Below, one piece after another: positions 15,306 to 24,000 of a stretch of 24,000 bases of DNA. The stretch is taken from NCBI RefSeq assembly GCF_013141695.1, contig NZ_WHNY01000067.1, positions 311,107 through 335,106 on the forward strand, in the 5' to 3' direction. The notes beneath the pieces were generated by a model. The model made no database searches. It worked only from the letters and a program-made list of their open reading frames with translations, and had not been told where the DNA came from. How positions within the stretch are numbered: the first letter of the stretch is position 1; the number at the start of each line of letters is the position of its first letter. The position numbers were made by a program, and so were the translations under genes. Origin of the DNA: Paenibacillus plantarum. GTDB taxonomy: Bacteria; Bacillota; Bacilli; Paenibacillales; NBRC-103111.

Positions 15306-17627
15306 TCAGATCGTCAGGACGATAGCTGAGTCTGCGTTGATAGCATTGACTTTCAGGCCGTATTCATGCGCTAAAAGGGTGCCATTTTCAACGTTAGTTA
15401 CGGATGTTGTGCCTCTAAGTACAAGGCTCCAAGGGGCTGAATTGCCTGTAGGTATGATCTGAATGACGTTGCCATCGCGCTTGGCAATGAGTGTAAACTC
15501 GTCTTTCGTTGTCGGATGATACACACGGGACACGGCTTCATGTCCGTCTTCCAACTCAAATAGGTGGAATTCACTATTCGCCAAGTAATCGTAGTCTGGC
15601 TTCGCATCAACCGTCCCGATCGCTAAGAGTGTGTTCGGTCGCACGAGGAGCGGGATGCTCATATAATCATGGTGCTCCTTGTACCATTGATTGCCTTCGG
15701 CTTTAGCCCCAGTTAACAAATGCGTCCAATTTCCGGCAGGCAGGTAGTAGGACACTACGCCCGATTCATCAAATATTGGCGCGACTAGAAGAGAATCCCC
15801 TATCATATATTGACGATCTAAGTGATCACATGTTGGATCATCGTCGAATTCCAGCACCATCGCGCGCATTAGCGGTAATCCGAGCCTGGAGGCGTCAACA
15901 GCCGTTTGGAACATGTAAGGCATTAATCTGCTCTTTAGTTTCGTGAAAAAGCGCAATACATCAACCGCTTCGTCATCATACATCCACGGGACACGATACG
16001 AACGGCTGCCATGAAGACGACTGTGGCTGGACAGCAGTCCGAATGCGGCCCAACGTTTATATAGGTCAGCGCTGGATGTACTTTCGAATCCACCGATATC
16101 GTGACTCCAGAATCCGAATCCGGAAAGTCCAAGGGACAAGCCGCCTCGTAGGCTTTCAGCCATGGATTCGTAAGTCGCGGTGCAATCGCCGCCCCAATGA
16201 ACGGGGAATTGCTGTCCGCCAGCTGTTGCGGAACGCGCGAACAAGGCAGCTTCACCTTTCCCAAGCTTCTCTTCTAGCACATCGAATACCACTTTGTTGT
16301 ACAGCTGGGTATAGTAATTGTGCATTTTGACAGGATCAGAACCGTCATGATAGACGACATCCGTTGGAATACGCTCGCCGAAATCAGTCTTGAAGGAATC
16401 CACGCCCATATCAACAAGCTTTCTTAGCTTCGCTGCATACCACTCACACGCGTCGGGATTCGTAAAGTCAACGATGCCCATGCCGGGCTGCCACATGTCC
16501 CATTGCCATACATCCCCGTTCGGTCTTTGCAGTAAGTAACCATTTTGCATGCCCTCTTCAAACATCGGGGATCGCTGCGCGATATACGGATTGATCCACA
16601 GGCAGATTTTCAAACCTTTGCTTTTGAGGCGTTGGAGCATTTGTTCCGGCTCTGGGAAAATACGCGTATCCCATTCGAAATCGCACCAATGGAACTCACG
16701 CATCCAGAAGCAATCGAAATGGAAGACATGCAACGGTAATTCACGCTCCGCCATGCCATCAATGAAGCTAGTTACGGTGGATTCGTCATAATTCGTTGTA
16801 AACGAAGTGGTTAGCCAGAGTCCGAATGTCCAAGCTGGCGGCAACGCAGGTTTTCCAGTTAGCGTCGTATAATTGCCAAGTACTTCCTTCAAATTGGCCC
16901 CGCCAATGAGGAAATAGTCGAGATATTCGCCTTCTACACTGAACTGAACCTTGGATACTTTCTCGGAAGCAACTTCAAAAGAAACATTCTCGGGGTGATT
17001 GACGAATACGCCATATCCTTTATTGGTGATGTAAAAAGGAATGTTCTTATATGATTGTTCGGAGTTCGTTCCTCCATCACGGTTCCAGATATCAACGCTT
17101 TGCCCGTTTTTGACAAAGGAAGTAAAACGCTCACCAAGCCCATAGACACTCTCTCCAACGCCTAGGTCTAACTGATCTCTTACATAAGTAGCTCCGTCAT
17201 CAGAGATTATATATCCGATGCCCTTCAAACCGCTGGAAGTAAGCTTGCGTCCCTGGTAATCAAATACTAGATGCCATGGTTGATCTCTTCGAATGCTGGC
17301 CCGCAGTTTGCCGCTGATTAAGCTGGCTTCAATCTTGTTTACCTCTATTTGTAGGGAGTGGCTCTCATCTGTATTCAGCGCAAAGTAGGGACCAACTTGT
17401 TTCTTTCCTTTATGATGATAAATTTGAACACGAATAACATCCTTCAAGGGAGAGGATAATTTGACTTCAATTAAAGACGTATCTAATTCACCAGCGCGGT
17501 CCATGATCGGTTTAGGCGGTCCGAAAAAGGTCAGAGAACGATCAGTTGCGTACGCATCATGTACTTCAACAGGACTAATGATTTGGTATTCCTTACGGGT
17601 CATCCATTGGCCATCACTGAATTTCAA
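15306..17627 (-). CDS. yicI: alpha-xylosidase, glycoside hydrolase family 31
   Basis: The product is collinear along its full length with E. coli YicI as I recall it (KFSDGQW vs KISDGNW, LDLGVGE.VYGLGERFT, KVSKVQFSVE, WLTTSFTTNYDE, HVFHFDCFWM, FKTDFGERIPTD, WSHDIGGFE). The TTG start at 17627 has AAGGAG 9 nt upstream and gives 773 aa. The track ORF's extra 61 N-terminal codons have no homology, and ATG 17603 is an alternative start. Confidence 0.92.
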   Translation of the reverse strand: MKFSDGQWMTRKEYQIISPVEVHDAYATDRSLTFFGPPKPIMDRAGELDTSLIEVKLSSPLKDVIRVQIYHHKGKKQVGPYFALNTDESHSLQIEVNKIEASLISGKLRASIRRDQPWHLVFDYQGRKLTSSGLKGIGYIISDDGATYVRDQLDLGVGESVYGLGERFTSFVKNGQSVDIWNRDGGTNSEQSYKNIPFYITNKGYGVFVNHPENVSFEVASEKVSKVQFSVEGEYLDYFLIGGANLKEVLGNYTTLTGKPALPPAWTFGLWLTTSFTTNYDESTVTSFIDGMAERELPLHVFHFDCFWMREFHWCDFEWDTRIFPEPEQMLQRLKSKGLKICLWINPYIAQRSPMFEEGMQNGYLLQRPNGDVWQWDMWQPGMGIVDFTNPDACEWYAAKLRKLVDMGVDSFKTDFGERIPTDVVYHDGSDPVKMHNYYTQLYNKVVFDVLEEKLGKGEAALFARSATAGGQQFPVHWGGDCTATYESMAESLRGGLSLGLSGFGFWSHDIGGFESTSSADLYKRWAAFGLLSSHSRLHGSRSYRVPWMYDDEAVDVLRFFTKLKSRLMPYMFQTAVDASRLGLPLMRAMVLEFDDDPTCDHLDRQYMIGDSLLVAPIFDESGVVSYYLPAGNWTHLLTGAKAEGNQWYKEHHDYMSIPLLVRPNTLLAIGTVDAKPDYDYLANSEFHLFELEDGHEAVSRVYHPTTKDEFTLIAKRDGNVIQIIPTGNSAPWSLVLRGTTSVTNVENGTLLAHEYGLKVNAINADSAIVLTI

Positions 17628-17774
17628 TGCAGTCAGCTCCTTATGTGTAAGTTGTATAACTATACTGATACATGTAAGAGTCTTTGATAAAAAGTGTAAC
17701 CGCTTTATGTTATGATTGTCTTGCAAAATGCTGATGCAGATATATAACAATTTTGATATATGGAGTGTGACGCT

Positions 17775-18695
17775 ATGAATTTGGATGCTTTGCATGAAGG
17801 TCGAATTCACGGCGATTTCATGTTCCCGCTAAGTGTGTACCAAGTTGAGAAAGTCAATGACGTTTTCTTCAACTACCACTGGCATGAGGAAATTGAATTT
17901 ATTTATATGACGGAAGGAAGCGCAAGCTTCTATATTGGTTCGTCTTTGACTGAGCTACAGCAAGGTGAATCGCTGCTCATTCCGAGCGGTCAATTACATG
18001 CTTGTTACCCAGCGAACGAACTTCCAGCCTATTTTCATGCCATCGTCTTTGATTCCCGCCTACTCAGCAGCAGCGCTTATGATGTCATCCAAAGTAAATA
18101 CATACAGCCGTGGATTGAACAGCGATTGATTCTACCGGGTATTTTCCGTTCCAAGGACTCGTGGGAACAGCAGGTACGCCTGATGCTCGTGGACATCATT
18201 AAGCAATTCGATGGAAAGCCGCTTGGTTATGAGCTCAAAATAAAAGCGGATCTGCTCGCGATATTCGCTGAGCTGCTGCCACATGGTGAGCTATCCTCTG
18301 ATCTGCCTCGAAACGCAACGCAAGCAAGCAAAATTGAAAGAATTAAGCCTGCGCTTCTATTTATGCATGAGCATTATAATCAGCGGATTCTGATTTCAGA
18401 ACTCGCAGATTTGATCGGGATGAGTGAGGGACATTTCTGCCGTTTCTTCAAGGCAATCGTCAAAAAGACACCCATCGAATACCTCAACTTCTATAGAGTC
18501 GAGAAAGCGATGAAGTGTCTGGAAGATCCAAGGATCAAAATCATAGATGTTGCGAGTGAGGCTGGCTTCGAGAGTCCGAGTTACTTTATTAAGACGTTCA
18601 AAGGGCTTAAACAGATGACGCCGACTGATTATCGCAAATTGATCACAGACTCAGATGCATCATCTTCCGGCATTCCAATGGGGTCTGGGACGTAA
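17775..18695 (+). CDS. AraC family transcriptional regulator (cupin sensor plus HTH)
   Basis: The protein has an N-terminal cupin-like region (HWHEEIEFIYMTEG) and a C-terminal AraC HTH (SEGHFCRFFK...TPIEYLN.YR...A..L). ATG 17775 has GGAG upstream, whereas ATG 17760 lacks an RBS. The gene is divergent from yicI. Confidence 0.85.
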   Translation: MNLDALHEGRIHGDFMFPLSVYQVEKVNDVFFNYHWHEEIEFIYMTEGSASFYIGSSLTELQQGESLLIPSGQLHACYPANELPAYFHAIVFDSRLLSSSAYDVIQSKYIQPWIEQRLILPGIFRSKDSWEQQVRLMLVDIIKQFDGKPLGYELKIKADLLAIFAELLPHGELSSDLPRNATQASKIERIKPALLFMHEHYNQRILISELADLIGMSEGHFCRFFKAIVKKTPIEYLNFYRVEKAMKCLEDPRIKIIDVASEAGFESPSYFIKTFKGLKQMTPTDYRKLITDSDASSSGIPMGSGT

Positions 18696-19473
18696 CTTGC
18701 TTGAATACACGCCCGAAGTGAGCGACACTGTCAAAGCCTGCTTGCTCGGCAATGTGGATCACTTTGAGTTTCGTTTCCCTTAATAAACGTTGCGCCTCAC
18801 GGATGCGCAGGTTGTTCAAATACTCGACGAACGAGAAGCCAATTGTATCCTTGAATGAGCGGCAGAAGTAACTCGGACTAATATGGAACTTTTCGGAGAT
18901 TAGCGTGAGTGTCAGTCGTTCACTGAAGTGTTCATTGATATAGGTGACGATTTCGAAAATCTTCGGATTATAAGCCTGTGGATGCTCATCTAGCGTCCCG
19001 GGCTGGTCCATAAGTCGCGAGCAGAATATGAGCAATTGTGTAAGTAAGGCTTTGCTATTCAGCTCCCAGCCGAGCTGCTCTTGCTGCTTTTCTCGCAATA
19101 AACTGAAGAGCAGATTCTCAACGAGTGTGCGATTTGCGCCGGAAAGGGAGACGATATAATGCTTTGGATGAAAAGGGGATAGCGCAATCGCATAAGTTTC
19201 ATCATCTTTCATTGCGAGCCAGCGTTCTTCGAAATTAATTAAGATGCGCTCGTGCGGACGATCATTGGCATCAAGCGTTTTGTGGAGCGTATGTTTATCT
19301 ATAAATACTAGATCACCCTCTTGCATGGCATAGACGCGGTCTTGAATGAAATAATTGCGTTTACCGCTGAGTAAATAATAAATTTCGTAATGGTCATGGA
19401 AATGATTCACTAGCATTGTGTAGGGCTGATCTCTGCGAATTCTTTCAATCTCGTAATGAAACAACATAGACAC
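18643..19473 (-). CDS. AraC family transcriptional regulator (cupin sensor plus HTH)
   Basis: The protein has a cupin-like N-terminus (HFHDHYEIYYLLSG) and an AraC HTH (SPSYFCRSFK...FVEYLN.LR..EA..LL). The gene is divergent from the Gfo/Idh/MocA operon. Confidence 0.85.
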   Translation of the reverse strand: MSMLFHYEIERIRRDQPYTMLVNHFHDHYEIYYLLSGKRNYFIQDRVYAMQEGDLVFIDKHTLHKTLDANDRPHERILINFEERWLAMKDDETYAIALSPFHPKHYIVSLSGANRTLVENLLFSLLREKQQEQLGWELNSKALLTQLLIFCSRLMDQPGTLDEHPQAYNPKIFEIVTYINEHFSERLTLTLISEKFHISPSYFCRSFKDTIGFSFVEYLNNLRIREAQRLLRETKLKVIHIAEQAGFDSVAHFGRVFKQVTSQTPLECRKMMHLSL

Positions 19474-19624
19474 CTCTCTAAGTTAGGTTGTGCCTCTCTA
19501 TTTTACAGCAATATATGCAAGGAAATAAAGGCATCGGGTAATATTTGAATAGAAACACAACAAATATTGTATTAATCTTGCTATAAGAGATGAAATACTT
19601 TGTAATCGAGAGGGGCATTAACTG

Positions 19625-20908
19625 ATGAAAACACGTTATGCGATTGTAGGTACTGGTGGACGAGCTGAATTCTTCTATGGCTCCATGGTAAAGGATTTCC
19701 GAGATACTTCCGAGCTTGTGGCCATTTGTGATATTAATCAAACGCGCATGAACTTTACGAATGACTTACTTGCTAACAAGTATGAGTATCATGCTGTTCC
19801 TACGTATAAAGCCGATCAATTCGAAGAAATGATCCGTAATGAGAAGCCGGATGCGATCATCGTAACAACAGTGGATCGTACCCATCACACGTATATTATT
19901 AAAGCGATGGAACTAGGCTGTGATGTCATTTCGGAGAAACCGATGACGGTTGATGAAGAGAAATGCCAAGAAATTTTGGATGCGATTAAACGTACGGGCC
20001 GCCAGCTTCGTGTTACGTTTAACTACCGTTATGCACCGCACAATACGAAAATTCGAGAGTTAATTATGGATGGAACGATTGGTGATGTCCACTCCGTTCA
20101 TTTCGAATGGTTGCTCAATACAGAGCATGGCGCAGACTATTTCCGCAGATGGCACCGCGATAAACGCAATGGCGGCGGGTTGCTTGTGCATAAGTCAACG
20201 CATCACTTTGACTTGGTTAACTTCTGGTTGGGGACGCAGCCTGAGACGGTTTTTGCCATGGGGGATCTGATGTTCTATGGGAAAGCCAACGCAGAGAAAC
20301 GCGGCGAAACGAAGTTCTATCAACGTGCAACTGGAAATGAATACGCGAAGGAAGACCCGTTTGCACTTCAATTGGATACGAATGCACATCTGAAAGGTCT
20401 ATATTTGGATGCGGAGCATGAGGATGGTTATCAACGGGATCAGAGCGTGTTTGGTGATGGGATCTCCATTGAAGATACGATGGGCGTCATGGTTCGCTAC
20501 AAAAACAAAGCGATTCTAACGTACTCCTTGAATGCGTACTTGCCGTGGGAAGGCTTTAATGTGAACATTAACGGCAGCAAAGGCCGTATTGAAATGAAAG
20601 TTGTTGAGAAATCATACGTGAATTCCGGTGGCGATAAAGCGGATGAAGGTGCGTTGAAGGCGAAAACGATTACGGTATTCCCGATGTTTGCAGCACCGTA
20701 TCAAGTTGAAATCGAAGAAGGCGTTGGCGGCCACGGTGGTGGCGATCCGGTTCTGTTGAAGGATATTTTCGACAAGCCATCCGACGATCGATTCAACCGC
20801 GCGGCATCTCATGTAGATGGAGCGATGTCCATTCTCACTGGTATTGCCGGCAATATTTCATTGCGTACGGGGCAACCAGTTGCTGTAGATAAACTAGTGA
20901 AATTTTAA
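19625..20908 (+). CDS. Gfo/Idh/MocA family oxidoreductase (long, about 427-aa type)
   Basis: The protein has an N-terminal Rossmann motif YAIVGTGGRA, then EKPM, and a dimerisation/substrate domain with YFRRWHRDKRNGGGLLVHKSTHHFDL. Confidence 0.9.
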   Translation: MKTRYAIVGTGGRAEFFYGSMVKDFRDTSELVAICDINQTRMNFTNDLLANKYEYHAVPTYKADQFEEMIRNEKPDAIIVTTVDRTHHTYIIKAMELGCDVISEKPMTVDEEKCQEILDAIKRTGRQLRVTFNYRYAPHNTKIRELIMDGTIGDVHSVHFEWLLNTEHGADYFRRWHRDKRNGGGLLVHKSTHHFDLVNFWLGTQPETVFAMGDLMFYGKANAEKRGETKFYQRATGNEYAKEDPFALQLDTNAHLKGLYLDAEHEDGYQRDQSVFGDGISIEDTMGVMVRYKNKAILTYSLNAYLPWEGFNVNINGSKGRIEMKVVEKSYVNSGGDKADEGALKAKTITVFPMFAAPYQVEIEEGVGGHGGGDPVLLKDIFDKPSDDRFNRAASHVDGAMSILTGIAGNISLRTGQPVAVDKLVKF

Positions 20909-20930
20909 CCAGTGACGGAGGTCGAGTCCG

Positions 20931-21947
20931 ATGTGGAGTCCTAACGCGAGTATGGAACAGCTCTACCGCGCTTTCGAATTGAAACGCGAGCAGAGTCGTA
21001 CGGAATGGGCTGAACATGCGAAAGCTCATATGAAAAAGCGCTTGGCTGATTCCTTAGCGGTGACCATAGAAGAACAGGACGAACTTCGTCCTGTTCTTCT
21101 TGATCGTGTCGAGCTTGGGGATCATATCCGAGAACGAATTGAAATCAGTACTTTCTGGGGCTTTCGTGTTCCCGTGTATGTGTTGTTGCCAAAAGGCGAT
21201 TTTCGTAAACGTGCTGCCGTACTTGCCCTGCATGGTCACGGCTTTGGGAGCAGGCAGATCGTAGGCTTGAACGCTGATGGTACTGAGCATACGGGGGAAT
21301 GGGATCTTCATGGCAACTATGCGCTAGAGTTGGTGAGGCGTGGCTTCGTCGTCGTTGTCCCTGAAATTCTAGGCTTCGGTGATCGGCGATTGGAAGAAGA
21401 TCAGAAGGATGGACAAGTGGGGAACTCTTCCTGCCAGACGCTTGCTTCTCATCTTCTGCTATATGGCATCCCTCTAGCTGGTGTTCGTGTGCAGGAAGCG
21501 AGAAGAGTGTTAGATTACCTCGTGTCACGCGAAGAGGTAGATGCGAGTCGAATCGGTTGTTTTGGGTTCTCGGGTGGCGGTTTACTTGCCGCTTACACGG
21601 CAGTACTAGATGAGCGCATCCAGGCCTCGGTCCTGTGCGCGTTCACCAATACATTTAAGCGCAGCATTATGGGCGTGCACCATTGTATCGATAACTATCT
21701 ACTTGGCGCGCTCGACTTCGCGGAACTTCCTGAATTAATCGGTTTGCTTGCTCCACGTCCATTGTTCATTGCATCAGGAAGACAGGATCCGATTTTCCCT
21801 GTTGATGGCGTCGAGACAGCCGTATCCTACCTGCAGCTAGAGTATGCGTTGGCGGGAGCGTCTGAGCGACTGGGCGTACATCTTTATGAAGGTGTTCACG
21901 AGGTTAATGGGAGTCAGGCGTACCCATGGCTGGTTAAAAATCTGTAA
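20931..21947 (+). CDS. alpha/beta hydrolase (dienelactone-hydrolase / esterase-like)
   Basis: GGAGG lies 9 nt upstream of the ATG, and the gene starts 22 nt after the oxidoreductase stop, so the two probably form an operon. The product carries a GFSGGG nucleophile elbow, an LHGHG oxyanion-type motif and a C-terminal GxHE segment. Confidence 0.75.
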   Translation: MWSPNASMEQLYRAFELKREQSRTEWAEHAKAHMKKRLADSLAVTIEEQDELRPVLLDRVELGDHIRERIEISTFWGFRVPVYVLLPKGDFRKRAAVLALHGHGFGSRQIVGLNADGTEHTGEWDLHGNYALELVRRGFVVVVPEILGFGDRRLEEDQKDGQVGNSSCQTLASHLLLYGIPLAGVRVQEARRVLDYLVSREEVDASRIGCFGFSGGGLLAAYTAVLDERIQASVLCAFTNTFKRSIMGVHHCIDNYLLGALDFAELPELIGLLAPRPLFIASGRQDPIFPVDGVETAVSYLQLEYALAGASERLGVHLYEGVHEVNGSQAYPWLVKNL

Positions 21948-21957
21948 GTATTAATAG

Positions 21958-21993
21958 AAAGACTACTGAACAGGGTTCAGTAGTCTTTTTTTT
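21958..21993. terminator. bidirectional intrinsic terminator
   Basis: A perfect 11-bp stem GACTACTGAAC-agg-GTTCAGTAGTC (21961-21985) is flanked by AAA upstream and T8 downstream. It sits between convergent genes. Confidence 0.9.
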
Positions 21994-21996
21994 CAT

Positions 21997-22374
21997 TTAT
22001 TTTACACTTTGACGGACGATGCTCTCAATAATTAATTTGTGTCCAACTACGACGCCAAGTCGAATGACACCTGTTGTTCTTCCAGAAATGATGTGGCGAT
22101 GTCCATTTGCAATGTTTGTTGAGATTTGAAAACGATGAAAATGGTTTACACCTACTCCGATGTTGAGGCCAGTACGTCCAGAATAGGAATGACGATGCCC
22201 GTCAGCAGTTGTCGTAATGCCTTGGAAAGTGTGGCGGTGTCTACCATCCTCAGGAATAACAATATCACTCAAATTACCGAAGGAATGTCGATGATTTTGT
22301 GTGAGAGATGTCAAACCCTCCATGCGATGTCTGAACTGAGCGGGGCCGCCGGATCCTTGCTTGATCTTTGCCAT
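21997..22374 (-). CDS. ymaF: YmaF family protein (five H-x-H repeat units)
   Basis: AAAGGATGA RBS precedes the ATG. Histidine motifs recur as NHRHSF, GRHRHTFQGIT, GHRHSYSGRT, NHFHRF and GHRHIISGRT, which is characteristic of Bacillus YmaF-type proteins. Confidence 0.8.
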   Translation of the reverse strand: MAKIKQGSGGPAQFRHRMEGLTSLTQNHRHSFGNLSDIVIPEDGRHRHTFQGITTTADGHRHSYSGRTGLNIGVGVNHFHRFQISTNIANGHRHIISGRTTGVIRLGVVVGHKLIIESIVRQSVK

Positions 22375-22515
22375 ATGTCTATCATCCTTTCAAGAGAGAT
22401 GATAGTAAGATATGCAAATCTTAGAGGATTGGCTTGGTCGAGCGACTAGTTAATAGGAATAATATCTTTTTTGAAAGGTAGATGGCAGTAGATTCTACTA
22501 TAATTTCAGGTAGTC

Positions 22516-22950
22516 TTATTTGTTATCCGTACCATTCAATCGTGGAGAATCATATTTGCGTATTTCCTCGCGCCAAGAGAGAAAGCCGTTTTCCATAGCT
22601 CTAATGAGCATTTCTGCTGTTCCAAGATTGGTTGCAAGAGGGATCTGTTGCACATCACAGAGGCGAAGGAGTGCTGCAATATCGGGTTCATGTCCTAATG
22701 CAGAGATGGGATCGCGGAAAAAGATAAGCAAATCAATATCATCCATCGCAATCATCGCACCGATCTGCTGATCTCCGCCAAAGGGGCCTGAGCGCAAGCG
22801 AATGACATCGAGCTTTGCAGCTTCACTAATTCTTCTTCCTGTCGTGCCTGTAGCATAGAGTTGGTGCTTTTGGAAAATATGCTTATAAGCAATGACAAAG
22901 TCTACGAGCAAGTTTTTGTAAACATCATGCGCAACGAGTGCAATATTCAT
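22516..22950 (-). CDS. mgsA: methylglyoxal synthase
   Basis: The product is collinear with B. subtilis MgsA ([49 protein letters not shown]). Confidence 0.93.
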   Translation of the reverse strand: MNIALVAHDVYKNLLVDFVIAYKHIFQKHQLYATGTTGRRISEAAKLDVIRLRSGPFGGDQQIGAMIAMDDIDLLIFFRDPISALGHEPDIAALLRLCDVQQIPLATNLGTAEMLIRAMENGFLSWREEIRKYDSPRLNGTDNK

Positions 22951-23199
22951 TTTCTCTCCGCTCCTCTATTTGTGTTAGGTTAGTTGACGTAAATTTGTGT
23001 GTTGAGAACAGAATAACTTAATTAATTAGAAAGTTCAATCATTATTTTGAAATAATCAGTCAATAAATTGTTATTAATGCGCGAAAATTAACAAATATGT
23101 CATATAATCTAACATATAAATGATTGGGGTCTGCACTTCTTCCTAATTCGATCTAACTATGCTAACCTGTTAGGATGATCAACAAGGAGGTGAGTTCAT

Positions 23200-23826
23200 A
23201 TGAAACGAGTGCTGATTACTGGGTACAAAGCGAATGAACTCGGTATTTTCTCATTGAAGCATCCAGGCATTCCGATTATCAAAAAAGCAATCCAAAAGCG
23301 GCTTATCGCCTTGTTAGATGACGGGCTTGAGTGGGTTGTCGTCAGTGGTCAATGGGGCGTGGAGCTATGGGCGGCGGAGGCTGTGCTTGAACTAAGAGAG
23401 AGCACGCATCCAGAAATTAAGCTTGCAGTGATTACTCCTTTTCTAGAGCAGGAAGAGAAGTGGAGTGATGATAAGAAAGGCTGCTATGCAAGCGTTATGC
23501 AGCGCGCGAATTACGTGAACAGTGTAACGAAGACCAAATATGAGGGGCCTTGGCAATTCAAGGAGAGGGACAAGTTCCTCCTACGAAACTCTGACGGCAT
23601 TTTGCTTGTTTATGATGAAGAGACAGAAGGCTCGCCGAAGTTTATGAAATTGCAGGCGGCTCAAATTGCCGCGCATCATACCTATCCGATCATTACGATC
23701 AACGCTTTCGATTTGCAAAATGTGGCCGAGGACGAGCACGGAGATTACGGCGGCGACATGCAGGATGACATGACTGGAGATTCAGTCAGTGGCGGTGATA
23801 AGTGGCAGTTCGATGATGATATATAG
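23200..23826 (+). CDS. ypsA: SLOG-fold DUF1273 protein YpsA with an acidic C-terminal tail
   Basis: AAGGAGGTGA RBS precedes the ATG. The product is collinear with B. subtilis YpsA (ITGYK..ELGIF, IKKAI..RLIALLDDGLEW...SGQ.GVELWAAEA, KLAVITPF..QE..W, GSPK). Confidence 0.9.
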   Translation: MKRVLITGYKANELGIFSLKHPGIPIIKKAIQKRLIALLDDGLEWVVVSGQWGVELWAAEAVLELRESTHPEIKLAVITPFLEQEEKWSDDKKGCYASVMQRANYVNSVTKTKYEGPWQFKERDKFLLRNSDGILLVYDEETEGSPKFMKLQAAQIAAHHTYPIITINAFDLQNVAEDEHGDYGGDMQDDMTGDSVSGGDKWQFDDDI

Positions 23827-23855
23827 TCATAGCTATTCGTCGGGCATCCCCCGAC

Positions 23856-24000
23856 ACCATAGCTACTCATCAAACTTGCCTACATACATCTAGCTAATCA
23901 ACAAGCACTAAACTAGCCTCCATACAACTAGTTACTCAACAAACCATCAAACTTGCCTCCATACATCTATCTACTCAACAAGCATCGAACTTGCCTCCAT
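23856..24000 (+). repeat. G-depleted degenerate tandem repeat (about 38-bp period), runs off the window end
   Basis: ACTTGCC/ACTAGCC recurs at 23874, 23912, 23951 and 23989, giving periods of 38, 39 and 38 nt. The unit is roughly CTACTCAACAAGCAYCRAACTTGCCTCCATACAT. I hand-counted about 11 G in 145 nt. Confidence 0.75.

Noticed and set aside
17628-17810. 61-codon N-terminal extension of the GH31 ORF (track start 17810)
   Set aside because: The extension has no homology to YicI, no RBS, and would overlap the divergent AraC gene start. Homology begins at the TTG at 17627, which has AAGGAG upstream.
19478-19741. 87-aa minus-strand ORF across the AraC / oxidoreductase intergenic region
   Set aside because: It overlaps the start of the strongly supported Gfo/Idh/MocA gene and the promoter region. 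It is AT-rich and low in complexity, with no RBS.
21054-21528. Minus-strand ORFs of 85 and 127 aa inside the alpha/beta-hydrolase gene, and the 107-aa + ORF (22126-22449) antisense to ymaF
   Set aside because: These are shadow ORFs opposite better-supported genes, with no independent signals.
1-24000. Mobile element, prophage or defence island
   Set aside because: No transposase, integrase, recombinase, phage structural, restriction-modification, toxin-antitoxin or cas-like ORF appears in any frame. The repeats carry no coding capacity.

Overview
The window looks like chromosomal DNA from a Bacillales organism, probably Paenibacillus-like. That inference rests on the ypbF-like, ymaF, mgsA and ypsA genes, the many AraC/sugar genes and GGAGG ribosome-binding sites. 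It carries 21 supportable CDSs. An arginine/aspartate catabolic cluster holds rocD, aspartate ammonia-lyase and arginase translationally coupled to a VOC/glyoxalase-fold gene. An AT-rich block holds a SulP/STAS transporter, an ArsR-family regulator, an orphan Cys-cluster protein and a decayed Asp23 fragment. The rest are a CNNM/CorC-type protein, an M29 aminopeptidase, a VanW-like protein, uxaC, a GH31 alpha-xylosidase with two convergent AraC regulators, a Gfo/Idh/MocA oxidoreductase plus alpha/beta-hydrolase operon, ymaF, mgsA and ypsA. I found no transposase, integrase, phage gene, CRISPR array, tRNA/rRNA or recognisable defence gene. Two things stand out. First, a modular intergenic repeat family occurs at three loci, with symmetric four-block modules phased at exactly 51 bp, a 51-bp tandem hairpin array and strand-specific G-depleted degenerate repeats. 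Second, a 20-bp dyad operator is repeated after three promoters and links the ArsR-type repressor, the SulP transporter and the Cys-cluster protein. A roughly 200-nt structured leader upstream of the aminopeptidase gene is also unexplained. All calls come from reading the sequence and recalling protein families; no searches were run.
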